DNA of 64,000 nucleotides from a virus. Its lineage: Duplodnaviria > Caudoviricetes. The stretch lies in IMG/VR virus record IMGVR_UViG_3300028591_005034, positions 3,877-67,876 of that record; one strand, written 5' to 3'. Positions 48,565 to 58,288 of this stretch are shown here, in pieces; within the stretch, counting starts at the first letter, position 1; each line of letters starts with the position of its first letter. Under the pieces are notes generated by a model. The model saw only the letters and a list, made by a program, of their open reading frames with translations. It was not told where the DNA came from and searched no databases. A program made the translations under genes and the position numbers.

Positions 48565-50952
48565 TTATTCAACAGAAATGTTAATGTTGTCACCGAATGC
48601 TGTAGGTGCTTCACAATCCTGTTTATTAACTTGATACTGATAGATTAACTGTCTGATTGTTCCAACTTCATTCTGTGTAACCAGTTCTCCATTGTAACGG
48701 CAGTTAATGAAATTGAATGACCATGTTTGTATATTACTTGTATCACCGGTATGTGCAGCATCACTACCATAAGGTTGATAGATTACAAGTCCTGCCCATT
48801 TAACATCCCCATCAGTATAAGGTTTGTTCTCGTATGTTAAATCAATGTTTTTAAATGTAATCGTTACATTTTTCGCATTGGTAACGTTACTTACGCGCAA
48901 AACATTACTATTAGCAACATTCAAATTGAAACTTGAGTCTGAAATAACAACTTCTGCATTTTCGTTAAATTGATAGATGTTAAATACATTGTGTGCTAAA
49001 TCAACATCATTTACTACTACATTCTTTGCAGTAAATTTGTCAATGCTATGTTCGGGTGTTTTATCCTGTGAACCCTCAAACACGTTATAAACAGAACATC
49101 CAGGTTCAATATTAACTGAATCAATGCTTACTTCATTTGTTGCATAATTGATTTTACCATTACCTGTACCTTTTGTACCGCTTACAGTTAAACCACTTAC
49201 ATTAACATCTTCTGTTGCATTAAGGGTAATTGTAGTATCGCTACCAAGTTCACCACCGACTACATTAACAGATTTGAAAGTTTTAGGTGTTGCAAGTGCT
49301 GCAATTGCCTCATTGGTTGAAACCGTGATTTCAGCATTTTCTGCATCTTCAGGCGACATATTATTAATGGTATCTGCACTATCGGTGTTGTGTTCAATCA
49401 AATAGTTATTTGTTGCTTCGAGTTTATTTAGTCTGACAACAAGTGCATTAATTGTTGCATCAATATCATTCTTGTTAGCTTTAGGCTCAACAGCAGTATC
49501 GATTGCATCATCCATCTGTTCAGTCGTTGAATAACTTTCTAAGGTTGTTTTAGCAACGAATATTGCGTTAGCAGCATCCTGCTGATAATAACGAGCATCA
49601 GATTGTGTAGTTGTGAAATAATTGTTTGGGTCAAATATTGCACCTAAACTTACTGAAACAGATTCTTTACCTGAGTCGGTATTGAAAGTGATAACAAGAT
49701 TGTTATTTTCATCAACAGTAACAGTATCTACCATACCGTCTTTTACAAAATCAGTTGCATCAACTGAACCTACAACGGCATCGGTTTTGTCCTTAAAGAT
49801 AATTTTCTTCTCAGCACTAACATATTCTACTGAATTGAAAAGACCCTCAATACTCGGAATATCCAACTGACCAATTTCTGTGGTAACAAAATCCTCAGTA
49901 GCATAACCATTCAGATTTTCCTCAGTCAGATAGTCACCCTTTTCCTGATATTTTCCATCAGCAACATTAATAACCTCTTCTACTGTCGGAATAGTCAGGT
50001 TACCTATTTCTGTAGTAACAAAATCTTCGGTTGCATAACCATCCAAACTTGGAATATCTAACTTACCAATTTCAGTATTTACAAACTCCTCAGTTGCGTA
50101 GCCATCTAAACTAGGAATATCCAATTTACCAATTTCTGTATTTACGAATTCCTCAGTTGCATAACCATTTAAACTTTCTTGCGTTAAATAATCACCCTTT
50201 TCCTGATATTTTCCATCAGCAACATTAATAACCTCTTCTACCGTAGGAATTTCTAGTTCACCAATCTTAGTGGTTACAAAATCCTCAGTAGCGTAACCAG
50301 TTAGGCTTTCCTCAGTTAGATAGTTGCCTTTTGGCTGATACTTTTCATCACATTCTGTTGCAGTATAATAATTGTTTGCATTAAAAATTTCGGTTACATC
50401 AAGTTCAACGGTATCACTGCCGCCATCTTCATTAAATGAAATAACAAGTTTTCCGTTTTCAACCTTAACATTACTTACCATACCGTCTTTGATAAAGTCA
50501 GTTGCATCAACTTCACCAACCTGTATTCCATCTTCGTTCTTGAAAACAATTTTCTTTGTATTGCTATCATATTCAACAGAAGCAAAAAGACTTTCAGTTT
50601 TTTCGTTTACAGTTTCCTCAACAATAGCAGCAACTTCTTCTTCGTTTTGATATTTAGTCTCACTATTATCAAGGCCCTCTAAACTTGTCGGAATCTTTGC
50701 TTCAACCTCACTAATTTTTTCATAGATTTCAGAGGCATCACCACTGCCACTTTGGACAGCAGCAGCAAGTTCCTCAATAGTGTCAAGGTCTTCTGGGGCA
50801 TTACCCTTTAACTCGTCAATTTTTTCATCGACAACACCTTCAACTTCTTCGGTGTCCATTACTTGTGCCCTCTTTAAATATGCTTCACCTTCGTTTACGC
50901 CATATCCGTAAAACATATATGAGCCATTATTACTTTTATTTTTTTCTGCCAT
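48565..50952 (-). CDS. Tail-fibre/fibre-like protein with internal tandem repeats
   Basis: GNAPEDLDTIEELAAA collar-like motif, GYATE(D/E)FV.TEIG.L.IP repeats, beta-rich C-terminus; ATAAATA at 50973-50979. Confidence 0.65.
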   Translation of the reverse strand: MAEKNKSNNGSYMFYGYGVNEGEAYLKRAQVMDTEEVEGVVDEKIDELKGNAPEDLDTIEELAAAVQSGSGDASEIYEKISEVEAKIPTSLEGLDNSETKYQNEEEVAAIVEETVNEKTESLFASVEYDSNTKKIVFKNEDGIQVGEVDATDFIKDGMVSNVKVENGKLVISFNEDGGSDTVELDVTEIFNANNYYTATECDEKYQPKGNYLTEESLTGYATEDFVTTKIGELEIPTVEEVINVADGKYQEKGDYLTQESLNGYATEEFVNTEIGKLDIPSLDGYATEEFVNTEIGKLDIPSLDGYATEDFVTTEIGNLTIPTVEEVINVADGKYQEKGDYLTEENLNGYATEDFVTTEIGQLDIPSIEGLFNSVEYVSAEKKIIFKDKTDAVVGSVDATDFVKDGMVDTVTVDENNNLVITFNTDSGKESVSVSLGAIFDPNNYFTTTQSDARYYQQDAANAIFVAKTTLESYSTTEQMDDAIDTAVEPKANKNDIDATINALVVRLNKLEATNNYLIEHNTDSADTINNMSPEDAENAEITVSTNEAIAALATPKTFKSVNVVGGELGSDTTITLNATEDVNVSGLTVSGTKGTGNGKINYATNEVSIDSVNIEPGCSVYNVFEGSQDKTPEHSIDKFTAKNVVVNDVDLAHNVFNIYQFNENAEVVISDSSFNLNVANSNVLRVSNVTNAKNVTITFKNIDLTYENKPYTDGDVKWAGLVIYQPYGSDAAHTGDTSNIQTWSFNFINCRYNGELVTQNEVGTIRQLIYQYQVNKQDCEAPTAFGDNINISVE
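49850..50345 (-). repeat. Imperfect tandem coding repeats (about 21-aa GYATExFV unit and a longer VEEVINVADGKYQEKGDYLT unit)
   Basis: Visible in both DNA and protein; boundaries approximate. Confidence 0.8.
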
Positions 50953-51010
50953 ATCTATATAGATTTTTTTATATAAATAGATAGAACAAATGTTAAATTT
51001 TGTAATTTTT

Positions 51011-51042
51011 TTTGGAAATTAGAGCAAAAAATGGTATATTTG
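51011..51042 (+). promoter_or_regulatory. Bacteroidota-type promoter
   Basis: TTTG (51011-51014) - 20 nt - TATATTTG (51035-51042). Confidence 0.7.
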
Positions 51043-51092
51043 TAAAAACAATTTTTGGTTTCTAATTATAATAGATTAGAATTTTATTTGAA

Positions 51093-51485
51093 ATGGCAAA
51101 AAGAATTATTAAAATAACTGAACAACATAAAGAGGATATCTTTGGTAATATTTTAATTGAAGGTTTAACACCCGTAAAGGAAAAGGTACTTGCGGTTGTT
51201 GATACATTGAAACGACTAAACATTCAAAAAGAGATTGGTGCAGACATTTCACCAAATGGATTTTTACAGGATGTCAAATCGATGGGTATCGCGGACAGAA
51301 ATGGACAAATACTGAAATATGTCACATTGAATGAATTGGTCTCTATGTTGGACAGTTTGCCCGAAATACGGGTTATGATTATAGATGATAAAGACAGAAG
51401 AAAGTTCCTTGAAGAAGTCATCAAATATTGGTTTGATGGAAAAATCTCAAAGAACGGACATCTGCCTGTTAACTTTATTAAATAA
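51093..51485 (+). CDS. Hypothetical protein with KRIIKITEQ...ILIEG leader
   Basis: 130-aa ORF. Confidence 0.6.
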   Translation: MAKRIIKITEQHKEDIFGNILIEGLTPVKEKVLAVVDTLKRLNIQKEIGADISPNGFLQDVKSMGIADRNGQILKYVTLNELVSMLDSLPEIRVMIIDDKDRRKFLEEVIKYWFDGKISKNGHLPVNFIK

Positions 51486-51498
51486 TAGCAAAATTTTT

Positions 51499-51930
51499 AT
51501 GATGAAAAGAAGTACACTAATTAAAGCAGTATTAACACTAACTTTCGCAGTCTGTAGTTTAACAGTTCTTACACAAGAAATGGGCGACACAGACACAAGA
51601 TGGGAAACTTTAATATGTGCAATTAGCGCAGTAGAATCAGGTGGTAATCCAAATGCCAAGAATGGCAATCACGTAGGTTATTTACAAATTTCCCCAATTT
51701 GTGTAAAGGATTGTAACGAAGTCAGCAAAAACAAATTTAAGATGTCTGACAGGTATAGTAAAGAAAAATCAATTGAAATGTTTAATGTTTATCAAAACAG
51801 ATACAATCCAGAACACAATATAGAGAAAGCATTGAGAATTTGGAACGGAGGCCCAAGGTACTCAATAAAGGGTACAAACGGTTATGTAAGAAAGGTTATG
51901 AAAGTGTTTAACCAACTAATCGGAAAATAG
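51499..51930 (+). CDS. Lysozyme-like/lytic transglycosylase with N-terminal hydrophobic signal or anchor
   Basis: AISAVESGGNPNA..G..VGYLQI...WNGG; start taken at ATG 51499 (MMKRSTLIKAVLTLTFAVC). Confidence 0.75.
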   Translation: MMKRSTLIKAVLTLTFAVCSLTVLTQEMGDTDTRWETLICAISAVESGGNPNAKNGNHVGYLQISPICVKDCNEVSKNKFKMSDRYSKEKSIEMFNVYQNRYNPEHNIEKALRIWNGGPRYSIKGTNGYVRKVMKVFNQLIGK

Positions 51931-51950
51931 AGGTCTATGCATAAAACAGA

Positions 51951-51976
51951 AATGACGGGCAATCAAGTCCGTCATT
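51951..51976. terminator. Bidirectional terminator
   Basis: AATGACGG...CCGTCATT. Confidence 0.7.
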
Positions 51977-51988
51977 CTTGTTATTATT

Positions 51989-52029
51989 TCAATATCGTCC
52001 GTTATTGGGGCGTAAAGATGGTTGGTTAA
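51989..52029. repeat. 41-bp dispersed repeat, copy 2
   Basis: 33/41 identical to 21997-22037. Confidence 0.55.
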
Positions 52030-52054
52030 GCATCATCGGTATGTAGTATATCCC

Positions 52055-52357
52055 CTATGCATATTCCACAAGTTCCTGTCTTTTCCATCTATCAAAATCT
52101 TCTGCTGTGGCTGGGTGTGCATTTGCTACGGGGTCAGACATCCAACGTTTTGACATCAATCTATTTTCAGCGATGGCTTCAGCATCTTCTTTTGTTGCAG
52201 CCTTAACGAGTAAGAATACTTGTGTACCTGTATTGCTATAAGCATCTACTGACCAAACGCCCCACCACGTCTCATTGCTTTCTTTTAGTATTCTTTTCAC
52301 TGATTCTTTAATAACCCTATGTAAGTCACTTTCTGTTAATTGTATAGTTTTCTTCAT
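52055..52357 (-). CDS. Small protein with canonical leader MKKTIQLTESDLHRVIKESVKRILKE
   Basis: Start taken at ATG 52357; ATAAATA at 52378-52384. Confidence 0.7.
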   Translation of the reverse strand: MKKTIQLTESDLHRVIKESVKRILKESNETWWGVWSVDAYSNTGTQVFLLVKAATKEDAEAIAENRLMSKRWMSDPVANAHPATAEDFDRWKRQELVEYA

Positions 52358-52401
52358 AATCAATTCAATGTTTTCTAATAAATAGCAATTAAACACGAAA
52401 A

Positions 52402-54762
52402 TTATACTACTTCATCAAAACTGAAACAATGTTCTTTCAGGTCATCAACGATTATCAAATCTGTAAGTTTGTTCTCTATGATATTCCTTATCAATCTCAC
52501 AACAGGTCTTGCTCCGTAATTCTTTGTTCCGTTCTCTTTTTCAACCTGTTCAAAAATGTAGTCGGTTGCCTCGTCAATGAACTTATCATCAAATGTGTGG
52601 CCAATGTTATTAACACGTTTTTCCAATTCATTAAGTTCAACGCGAATGATTCTCTTAATATCTTCATTCGTAAGTGTGTTAAACATGATGATATTGTCAA
52701 TCCTGTTAACGAATTCAGGCTTGAAGCGTTTGCTTATCTCGGAATTGATAATGTCACGCCCCATTTTCTCGTTCTTGTTGAAACCAACACCGTTTCCTCT
52801 GAGTAAAGCCTCCTTAGTTCCAATGTTTGATGTCATGATGATAATACAATTACTGAAATCAACTGTCACACCTTTGTTATCCGTAAGCCTACCTTCGTCA
52901 AACAACTGCAGGAATACATCATGCACCTCGTCAGCAGCCTTTTCAATTTCATCAAGAAGCAATACGCAATGACTATGTTTCTTAACAGCCTCAGTAAGGA
53001 TACCACCGTTTTCATAACCGACATATCCAGCAGATGAACCGTAAATTTTATTCACACTTGTTTTGTCATTGTATTCACTCATGTCAATTCTTACAAACGA
53101 TTTCTCGTCACCGAAAAGTTCTTTGGCCAATACTTTTGAAAGGTAGGTCTTACCAGTACCACTGTTTCCGACAAACATCATGACAGAGGGTTTTCCTTGT
53201 TTTCCTAATCCAACCCTTTGGCGTTTTACTGTCTTTACAACTTCTGAAACTGCTTCATCTTGACCGATAACCTTTTCTTTTATATGTTTTTCCAAAGTAA
53301 GCAATCTTTCGCGTTCCTCGGTTTTTATGTCCGATACAGGTACAGAACTTATGTTTTCTATTATTTCATGAAGGTCTTCAATACCAATTTCTTGTTGTGT
53401 GTTACTGAAAGACAACTCTTTTTTTCTTTTTTCAATTTCAGACGAAACACTCACTTCGTCTTCCGAAAATGATTTATAAGATTCATCGTCGTGTTCAACC
53501 GCTGCACGTTCTTTTGCTTCTTGTATCTCAGCCAATGTTGCCTTTAATTCAATCAAAACTGTATCTTCTTTTCGTTTAAGGTCAACAAACGCTCCGACTT
53601 CATCAAAAACGTCTATTGCTGTTTGCGGCAATACAGCATCTGGAATATATTTTTTTGTGAGTTTTACACATTCGTTTATTATGTTATCGTCATATTTCAC
53701 GTCATGGTAAATCTCATATAACTCCTTGTTTTCTTTTAGAATTTCAACTGTTTCTTCTTCTGTTTTTTCTTCAACTTTTATCTTTTTAAACAACTTTGGA
53801 AAATGTTTATCAGCATCAACCCTATTATAACGTTCCTCTATTGCCGTAGCCAGTACGCAAATCGCTTTATTTGTCAGCAATTGCTTTACCATATCAACAT
53901 ACGGGCTTCCGTCATAAATAAGCAAATCTATATCAGGAACAAAGAAAATGTAACAACCACGTTCTTGGGCATCAGTCAAAATCTCATTGAAATGTTGCAT
54001 AAGGTTGTGAAGTCCGTCCTTAAAATTAACAACTATGTGATTTCTGTAAGATAATGGTGCTTCTCCATGATAAATCATTTGTGCCACCTGCTTAACAATC
54101 GCTGTTTTACCCACACCGCGTTCGCCAAGCAATAAAGCGTTATTACAATCGAATTTTGAGAAAGCAACAAAAACAGACTGTATTACGCTTTTGTTTCCTA
54201 TAAAATTAATGGCAGATTCATTGGACATTTCATAAAGTTGCGGGATATACTCATCAGTAATACTGTGAACCTTATATTCAAAACCTTTTTTATGTTTTTT
54301 TTGTGTCCCTTTCGCTGTCTCAGAGTTTAATGAAGATAAAGCATTATTCAATTGTCCCATATTAACACCAAGAACTGAGAACGTATTTCTCAATGACCTA
54401 TTGTTTTTAAGTATTTCCAATAAAAGTTGTGCTGAATTTATCTTGTTTTTACTGTTACCCATGAGGTTTTCAAGATATTTGTCATAAACATCATCAAATT
54501 TAGGAACAAAGCCTTCTGTATTAATTGTGTTTTCTGTTTCTTGCTTGAGATATGAAATTAAGTCACTTTTAAGTGAGGACTTTCCGTTACTTAACATGGT
54601 CTTGTCAATTATCTGATATGCTGTACATTTGTCGTTATCGAGCACACCTACCACAAAATACTCAATTCCAATTACTTTTGTGGGATAATCCGTTGTTAGT
54701 TTGTCCTGTATATATTTGAAAACCTTCTTAAGTTCAGGTGTTAGGTTGTTTTTCATTACCAT
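52402..54762 (-). CDS. ClpC/ClpA-like double AAA+ protein with degenerate first ATPase ring
   Basis: D2: GNSGTGKT, RIDMSEY, GYVGYENGG.LTE, LLDEIEKA, GRLTD, FKPEFVNRID, YGARP. D1 keeps GERGVGKT but lacks the DE Walker B. VGF loop and a UVR-like middle segment. Confidence 0.85.
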   Translation of the reverse strand: MVMKNNLTPELKKVFKYIQDKLTTDYPTKVIGIEYFVVGVLDNDKCTAYQIIDKTMLSNGKSSLKSDLISYLKQETENTINTEGFVPKFDDVYDKYLENLMGNSKNKINSAQLLLEILKNNRSLRNTFSVLGVNMGQLNNALSSLNSETAKGTQKKHKKGFEYKVHSITDEYIPQLYEMSNESAINFIGNKSVIQSVFVAFSKFDCNNALLLGERGVGKTAIVKQVAQMIYHGEAPLSYRNHIVVNFKDGLHNLMQHFNEILTDAQERGCYIFFVPDIDLLIYDGSPYVDMVKQLLTNKAICVLATAIEERYNRVDADKHFPKLFKKIKVEEKTEEETVEILKENKELYEIYHDVKYDDNIINECVKLTKKYIPDAVLPQTAIDVFDEVGAFVDLKRKEDTVLIELKATLAEIQEAKERAAVEHDDESYKSFSEDEVSVSSEIEKRKKELSFSNTQQEIGIEDLHEIIENISSVPVSDIKTEERERLLTLEKHIKEKVIGQDEAVSEVVKTVKRQRVGLGKQGKPSVMMFVGNSGTGKTYLSKVLAKELFGDEKSFVRIDMSEYNDKTSVNKIYGSSAGYVGYENGGILTEAVKKHSHCVLLLDEIEKAADEVHDVFLQLFDEGRLTDNKGVTVDFSNCIIIMTSNIGTKEALLRGNGVGFNKNEKMGRDIINSEISKRFKPEFVNRIDNIIMFNTLTNEDIKRIIRVELNELEKRVNNIGHTFDDKFIDEATDYIFEQVEKENGTKNYGARPVVRLIRNIIENKLTDLIIVDDLKEHCFSFDEVV

Positions 54763-54882
54763 TCTCTTGAAATTAACATTTTTATAAATAATAAATGGAT
54801 GCCATATCAATTTCAATACTAAACAAAGAAAGCGTCCATTCTTGAACGCTTCTCTGATATGTTTTAATTACATAACATAAGA

Positions 54883-55167
54883 TTAAAAACGCATATAATC
54901 TGACAGCAATTCGCGACCTCTTTCCGTGTCAACATATGCTGCTCCATCTTCATCAAATTCTATTTCCATCCAATCCGTTGGTTCTCCACCATAGAATCTG
55001 AAACGTGCGGCATCACCATAAGGTGATATTTGGATTTCGTGCCCACCAAGATTTGAAGTAGTTCTAAAACCATGCGGCTCAAAATCTTCCTGTTCTCTGA
55101 GTAATCTCTTGACCGATTCTTTAATCACTCTATGAAGGTCTTGTTCTGATAATCTAATTCTTCTCAT
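54883..55167 (-). CDS. Small protein with canonical leader MRRIRLSEQDLHRVIKESVKRLLRE
   Basis: 94-aa ORF; ATAAATA at 55186-55192. Confidence 0.7.
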   Translation of the reverse strand: MRRIRLSEQDLHRVIKESVKRLLREQEDFEPHGFRTTSNLGGHEIQISPYGDAARFRFYGGEPTDWMEIEFDEDGAAYVDTERGRELLSDYMRF

Positions 55168-55235
55168 AATATTTAATGTTTTCTTATAAATAGTTGCTTT
55201 ATTTCTTGTGATTCCACTTTTTATTACTTATGGTG

Positions 55236-55877
55236 TCATTTCCTTGCATTCTCCAAAATTGCTTCGCAAAATTTATATAATGTTTCAATTTCTAAATCAG
55301 ATTTCATTTGATTAACCGCCATACATACTAATTGTACATTTCCTATAACATATCCCTTACTGTGATTTATCTGGTCAATTGATACATTAGTTGGTGTCCT
55401 TCCGTTGCATTGTTCAAATGTCATCGGAATTCCACATATGGCACATTTTCCATTTTGTTTATCCCACAATTCTTTCAGATATTGCTTTGTGATGTTAAAA
55501 GGTAAGGATTTTCTCTTTGAACGGTCTCTTGCTACTAGATACCTCATTTGTAGAACCTTAAATAATGCGTACTCTTCTGGATATTCCATCTTCAATTCAT
55601 TAGCCCTTTTCGTCCTACAATTTCGGCATCTGGCATCGTGATGGTCTCTATGCGGATAATGGTCTGTTTTTGCGAAGAAACTGACTGGTAGGAATTCTCC
55701 ACATTTATGACATTTCAGCAACTCGCCCATCCATTCATTATTGCGTTTTTCTATGTCCTCGCAATTTCTGCAAATTGTGTGGAATTTACCACAGCCATCT
55801 CGTTTGAAAAATTCTCTTTTTAATGGTAGCTCTTTCCCGCAAATGGGACATACAATGTGTTTAATAGTTTTAGCCAT
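55236..55877 (-). mobile_element. Free-standing His-Me-finger (HNH-like) endonuclease, probable homing endonuclease
   Basis: Multiple CxxC pairs; CAICG...SIDQINHSKGY..GNVQLVC..VNQMK. Confidence 0.7.
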
Positions 55878-55919
55878 AATATTGCGTTTTATTATAAATA
55901 GCGCAATAATGGTAAAATT

Positions 55920-56930
55920 TTAACCGTCTGCTTTTAATGGTTTCCAACCCCTTTTCGCCATTCTAGCAAAATTTGCCCTTTTTCTTGTCAGTGGATTTTT
56001 CGAATGCGTCAGTTCTTCTGTGGATTTTCCCGTTCTTTTCTTTGTTGCTGTAAACTTGCCCTTGTTTTCGGGTTTAATTTCGATTTTTTCATCAATGACT
56101 TGTTCAACGATGCCAATAATCATGTTACGCAACTTAGACTCGTTAAGTTTATTCAACTTATTCATTTGTCTGCATTCAAAAACCCTGTCTTGTGGCTTTA
56201 TACCATCTCTGAAATATCTGTCAATCTCGTTAAGAACAGTTCTCCAATCAGCATCGTCATAAAATGTATAGGTTACGCTGTGCTCACTGTTATCCGTCAT
56301 GAAATCAACATAAAGTCTGTCCTCAGAATATGAACTTATTACCCGTGCTAATGTATTCTTTTGCTCACGTGTTGGTTCTTTTCCGATATCAATTCCATTC
56401 GGTAATACACGAATATTTCCTAATTTTATGAAGTGAAATGTGCCGTTTACACCTGGAATCATTCCGCATTCATTATGTTCTGCATCCGTATAAACGACTA
56501 CACCATTAGCAAGTATAAAACCTCTTGCATCTTTAAAATATTCACCGTGTGGTAATATCTTCATTGCTGCATTTGCAAGTTCATACGGGTCATTAACATC
56601 AAAATCTTCATCGAATAAATCCATTTTATCCATGAAACCTTCCTTTGTTCCACTCTCAAGGTCTGATAATATTGACTTCGCGACCTTTTCTCCATACTCT
56701 TCAACAAGGTCATCATATGAGAAATCGGCATATTCACCCGTACTATGAAAGGTCTCGTGGTCAACGTATTCGCAAGTGAACGTTACATTATTTTCAATAT
56801 ATTCTTTATATGCTTCCGGTGAGTCCTCCATTTCTTCATCAAGAAGCCAATCTTCATATTCATCACGGTCAAAATCCCATGAATAATTAAACCCACCTAT
56901 GGTATTTGTGTCAGGTATATTGTTATACAT
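55920..56930 (-). CDS. Hypothetical acidic protein with C-terminal KLNESKLRNMI..IVE motif and basic tail
   Basis: 336-aa ORF; ATAAATA at 56956-56962. Confidence 0.65.
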   Translation of the reverse strand: MYNNIPDTNTIGGFNYSWDFDRDEYEDWLLDEEMEDSPEAYKEYIENNVTFTCEYVDHETFHSTGEYADFSYDDLVEEYGEKVAKSILSDLESGTKEGFMDKMDLFDEDFDVNDPYELANAAMKILPHGEYFKDARGFILANGVVVYTDAEHNECGMIPGVNGTFHFIKLGNIRVLPNGIDIGKEPTREQKNTLARVISSYSEDRLYVDFMTDNSEHSVTYTFYDDADWRTVLNEIDRYFRDGIKPQDRVFECRQMNKLNKLNESKLRNMIIGIVEQVIDEKIEIKPENKGKFTATKKRTGKSTEELTHSKNPLTRKRANFARMAKRGWKPLKADG

Positions 56931-56994
56931 TATCAGTTAATTTAAGATATTTATAATAAATAGTTCTAATAAAGTTTAAAAACCATAAATCGCA

Positions 56995-57342
56995 ATGAAA
57001 AAGGTACTTATTATAACAGGTTTTATACTTTCAATGTTATTCGTTACATCATGCGAAACAGTTGAAGAAGTGTATGATGACACGCCCACGTATACAGTAA
57101 TAGTACGCGAAGGAACTCCGTACTATTATTATTACGGCCATTATTACACATATCCACCCGTTCGTTATCACTATTATTATCGTGAAAGACCGCACAGACC
57201 AAGACCTAACTGCAGTGGCGTTCCAGCACCAAAACCACACAAAAATCATGATTTCTCAAGACCGTCAAGACCTTCAAACAATGGAGGCGGAAGACCGCAT
57301 ACTAGTGGGAATAGAAACGGAAAAGGAAGAACAAGACGTTAA
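56995..57342 (+). CDS. Putative lipoprotein with Tyr-rich and Pro/Arg/Gly-rich disordered regions
   Basis: MKK-hydrophobic-VTSC lipobox-like signal. Confidence 0.65.
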   Translation: MKKVLIITGFILSMLFVTSCETVEEVYDDTPTYTVIVREGTPYYYYYGHYYTYPPVRYHYYYRERPHRPRPNCSGVPAPKPHKNHDFSRPSRPSNNGGGRPHTSGNRNGKGRTRR

Positions 57343-57368
57343 ATAACACACATACACACACGTAACAC

Positions 57369-57656
57369 ATGAAATTTGTAAATTGGCTAAATTCCCTTGT
57401 TAAAAGTAATAGTGGCGTAAGTTCAAAAAGTTTTTTTCTTGTGGTTGTCACATTTATTGGTTGCCTATTGTTACTTGTGCCCGTATTTACACTGTCAATT
57501 GAAGCAATTTTCCTTCATACAATAGCAACAGACCTTACCGGTATGGCTGCTTACATAGGTTCAGTTGCCTCATTGTTTGCAACAGCAGGTTTAACAAAGG
57601 CTTGGAGTGAAAAATACGAACACCACAATCATCCACCAAAACATGAGGATTTTTAA
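57369..57656 (+). CDS. Two-TM membrane protein, holin candidate
   Basis: Two hydrophobic helices and a charged C-terminus, near the endolysin. Confidence 0.5.
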   Translation: MKFVNWLNSLVKSNSGVSSKSFFLVVVTFIGCLLLLVPVFTLSIEAIFLHTIATDLTGMAAYIGSVASLFATAGLTKAWSEKYEHHNHPPKHEDF

Positions 57657-57697
57657 TAATTCTTGATACTATTTATATAAAAAAACAAAGAAACTTT

Positions 57698-58267
57698 ATG
57701 AAAAGGACAATAAAATTAACTGAAAGTGACCTACATAATATAGTAAAGGAAAGTGTAAGAAGAATACTCAATGAAGAGATTGATACGGGTCAAGTTAAAG
57801 CCGCATGGGAAAAGGAGCAAAAACCACCAGAAAGCCCAAGGGTTAAAAGGATTAGACAGGAAATAGCAAGATTACGCAGGGAAATTGATAAAGCCGAAGA
57901 AGCTGGTGAAAATATTAAGCCAATACAAGACCAAATCAAACTCTTGAAAAAACAAGCTGGTTTTACTAACGTTGAAGAATCAAGGGAAAGCGAAATGGAC
58001 ACTGATTGGAGAAGCATGACAGAGCCTTCTTATCCTGAAATGCAAATGATGAACGGCAAAATGTTTTGGCCAGATGAAAATCTTAACATATATGATACAC
58101 CATATCATACAACACAACATAAACATGGAAATGACGCAATGAGGGCATTAAGTGGTTCAAAAAGGGCACAACAAATGCGTTCAACAGTAAGAGGAATGCG
58201 TGACGCTGGTATGGATGTTGGAAGCAATTACGATTGGATGATAAACGGAGACCCAAGAAGAAAATAA
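57698..58267 (+). CDS. Protein with canonical leader MKRTIKLTESDLHNIVKESVRRILNE
   Basis: 189-aa ORF; TATTTAT at 57670-57676. Confidence 0.7.
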   Translation: MKRTIKLTESDLHNIVKESVRRILNEEIDTGQVKAAWEKEQKPPESPRVKRIRQEIARLRREIDKAEEAGENIKPIQDQIKLLKKQAGFTNVEESRESEMDTDWRSMTEPSYPEMQMMNGKMFWPDENLNIYDTPYHTTQHKHGNDAMRALSGSKRAQQMRSTVRGMRDAGMDVGSNYDWMINGDPRRK

Positions 58268-58288
58268 CACATAAACACACACAACAAC

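Noticed and set aside
52402-54762. Annotation as ClpB disaggregase
   Set aside because: The short UVR-like middle segment and the VGF ClpP-docking loop fit ClpC/ClpA rather than ClpB.
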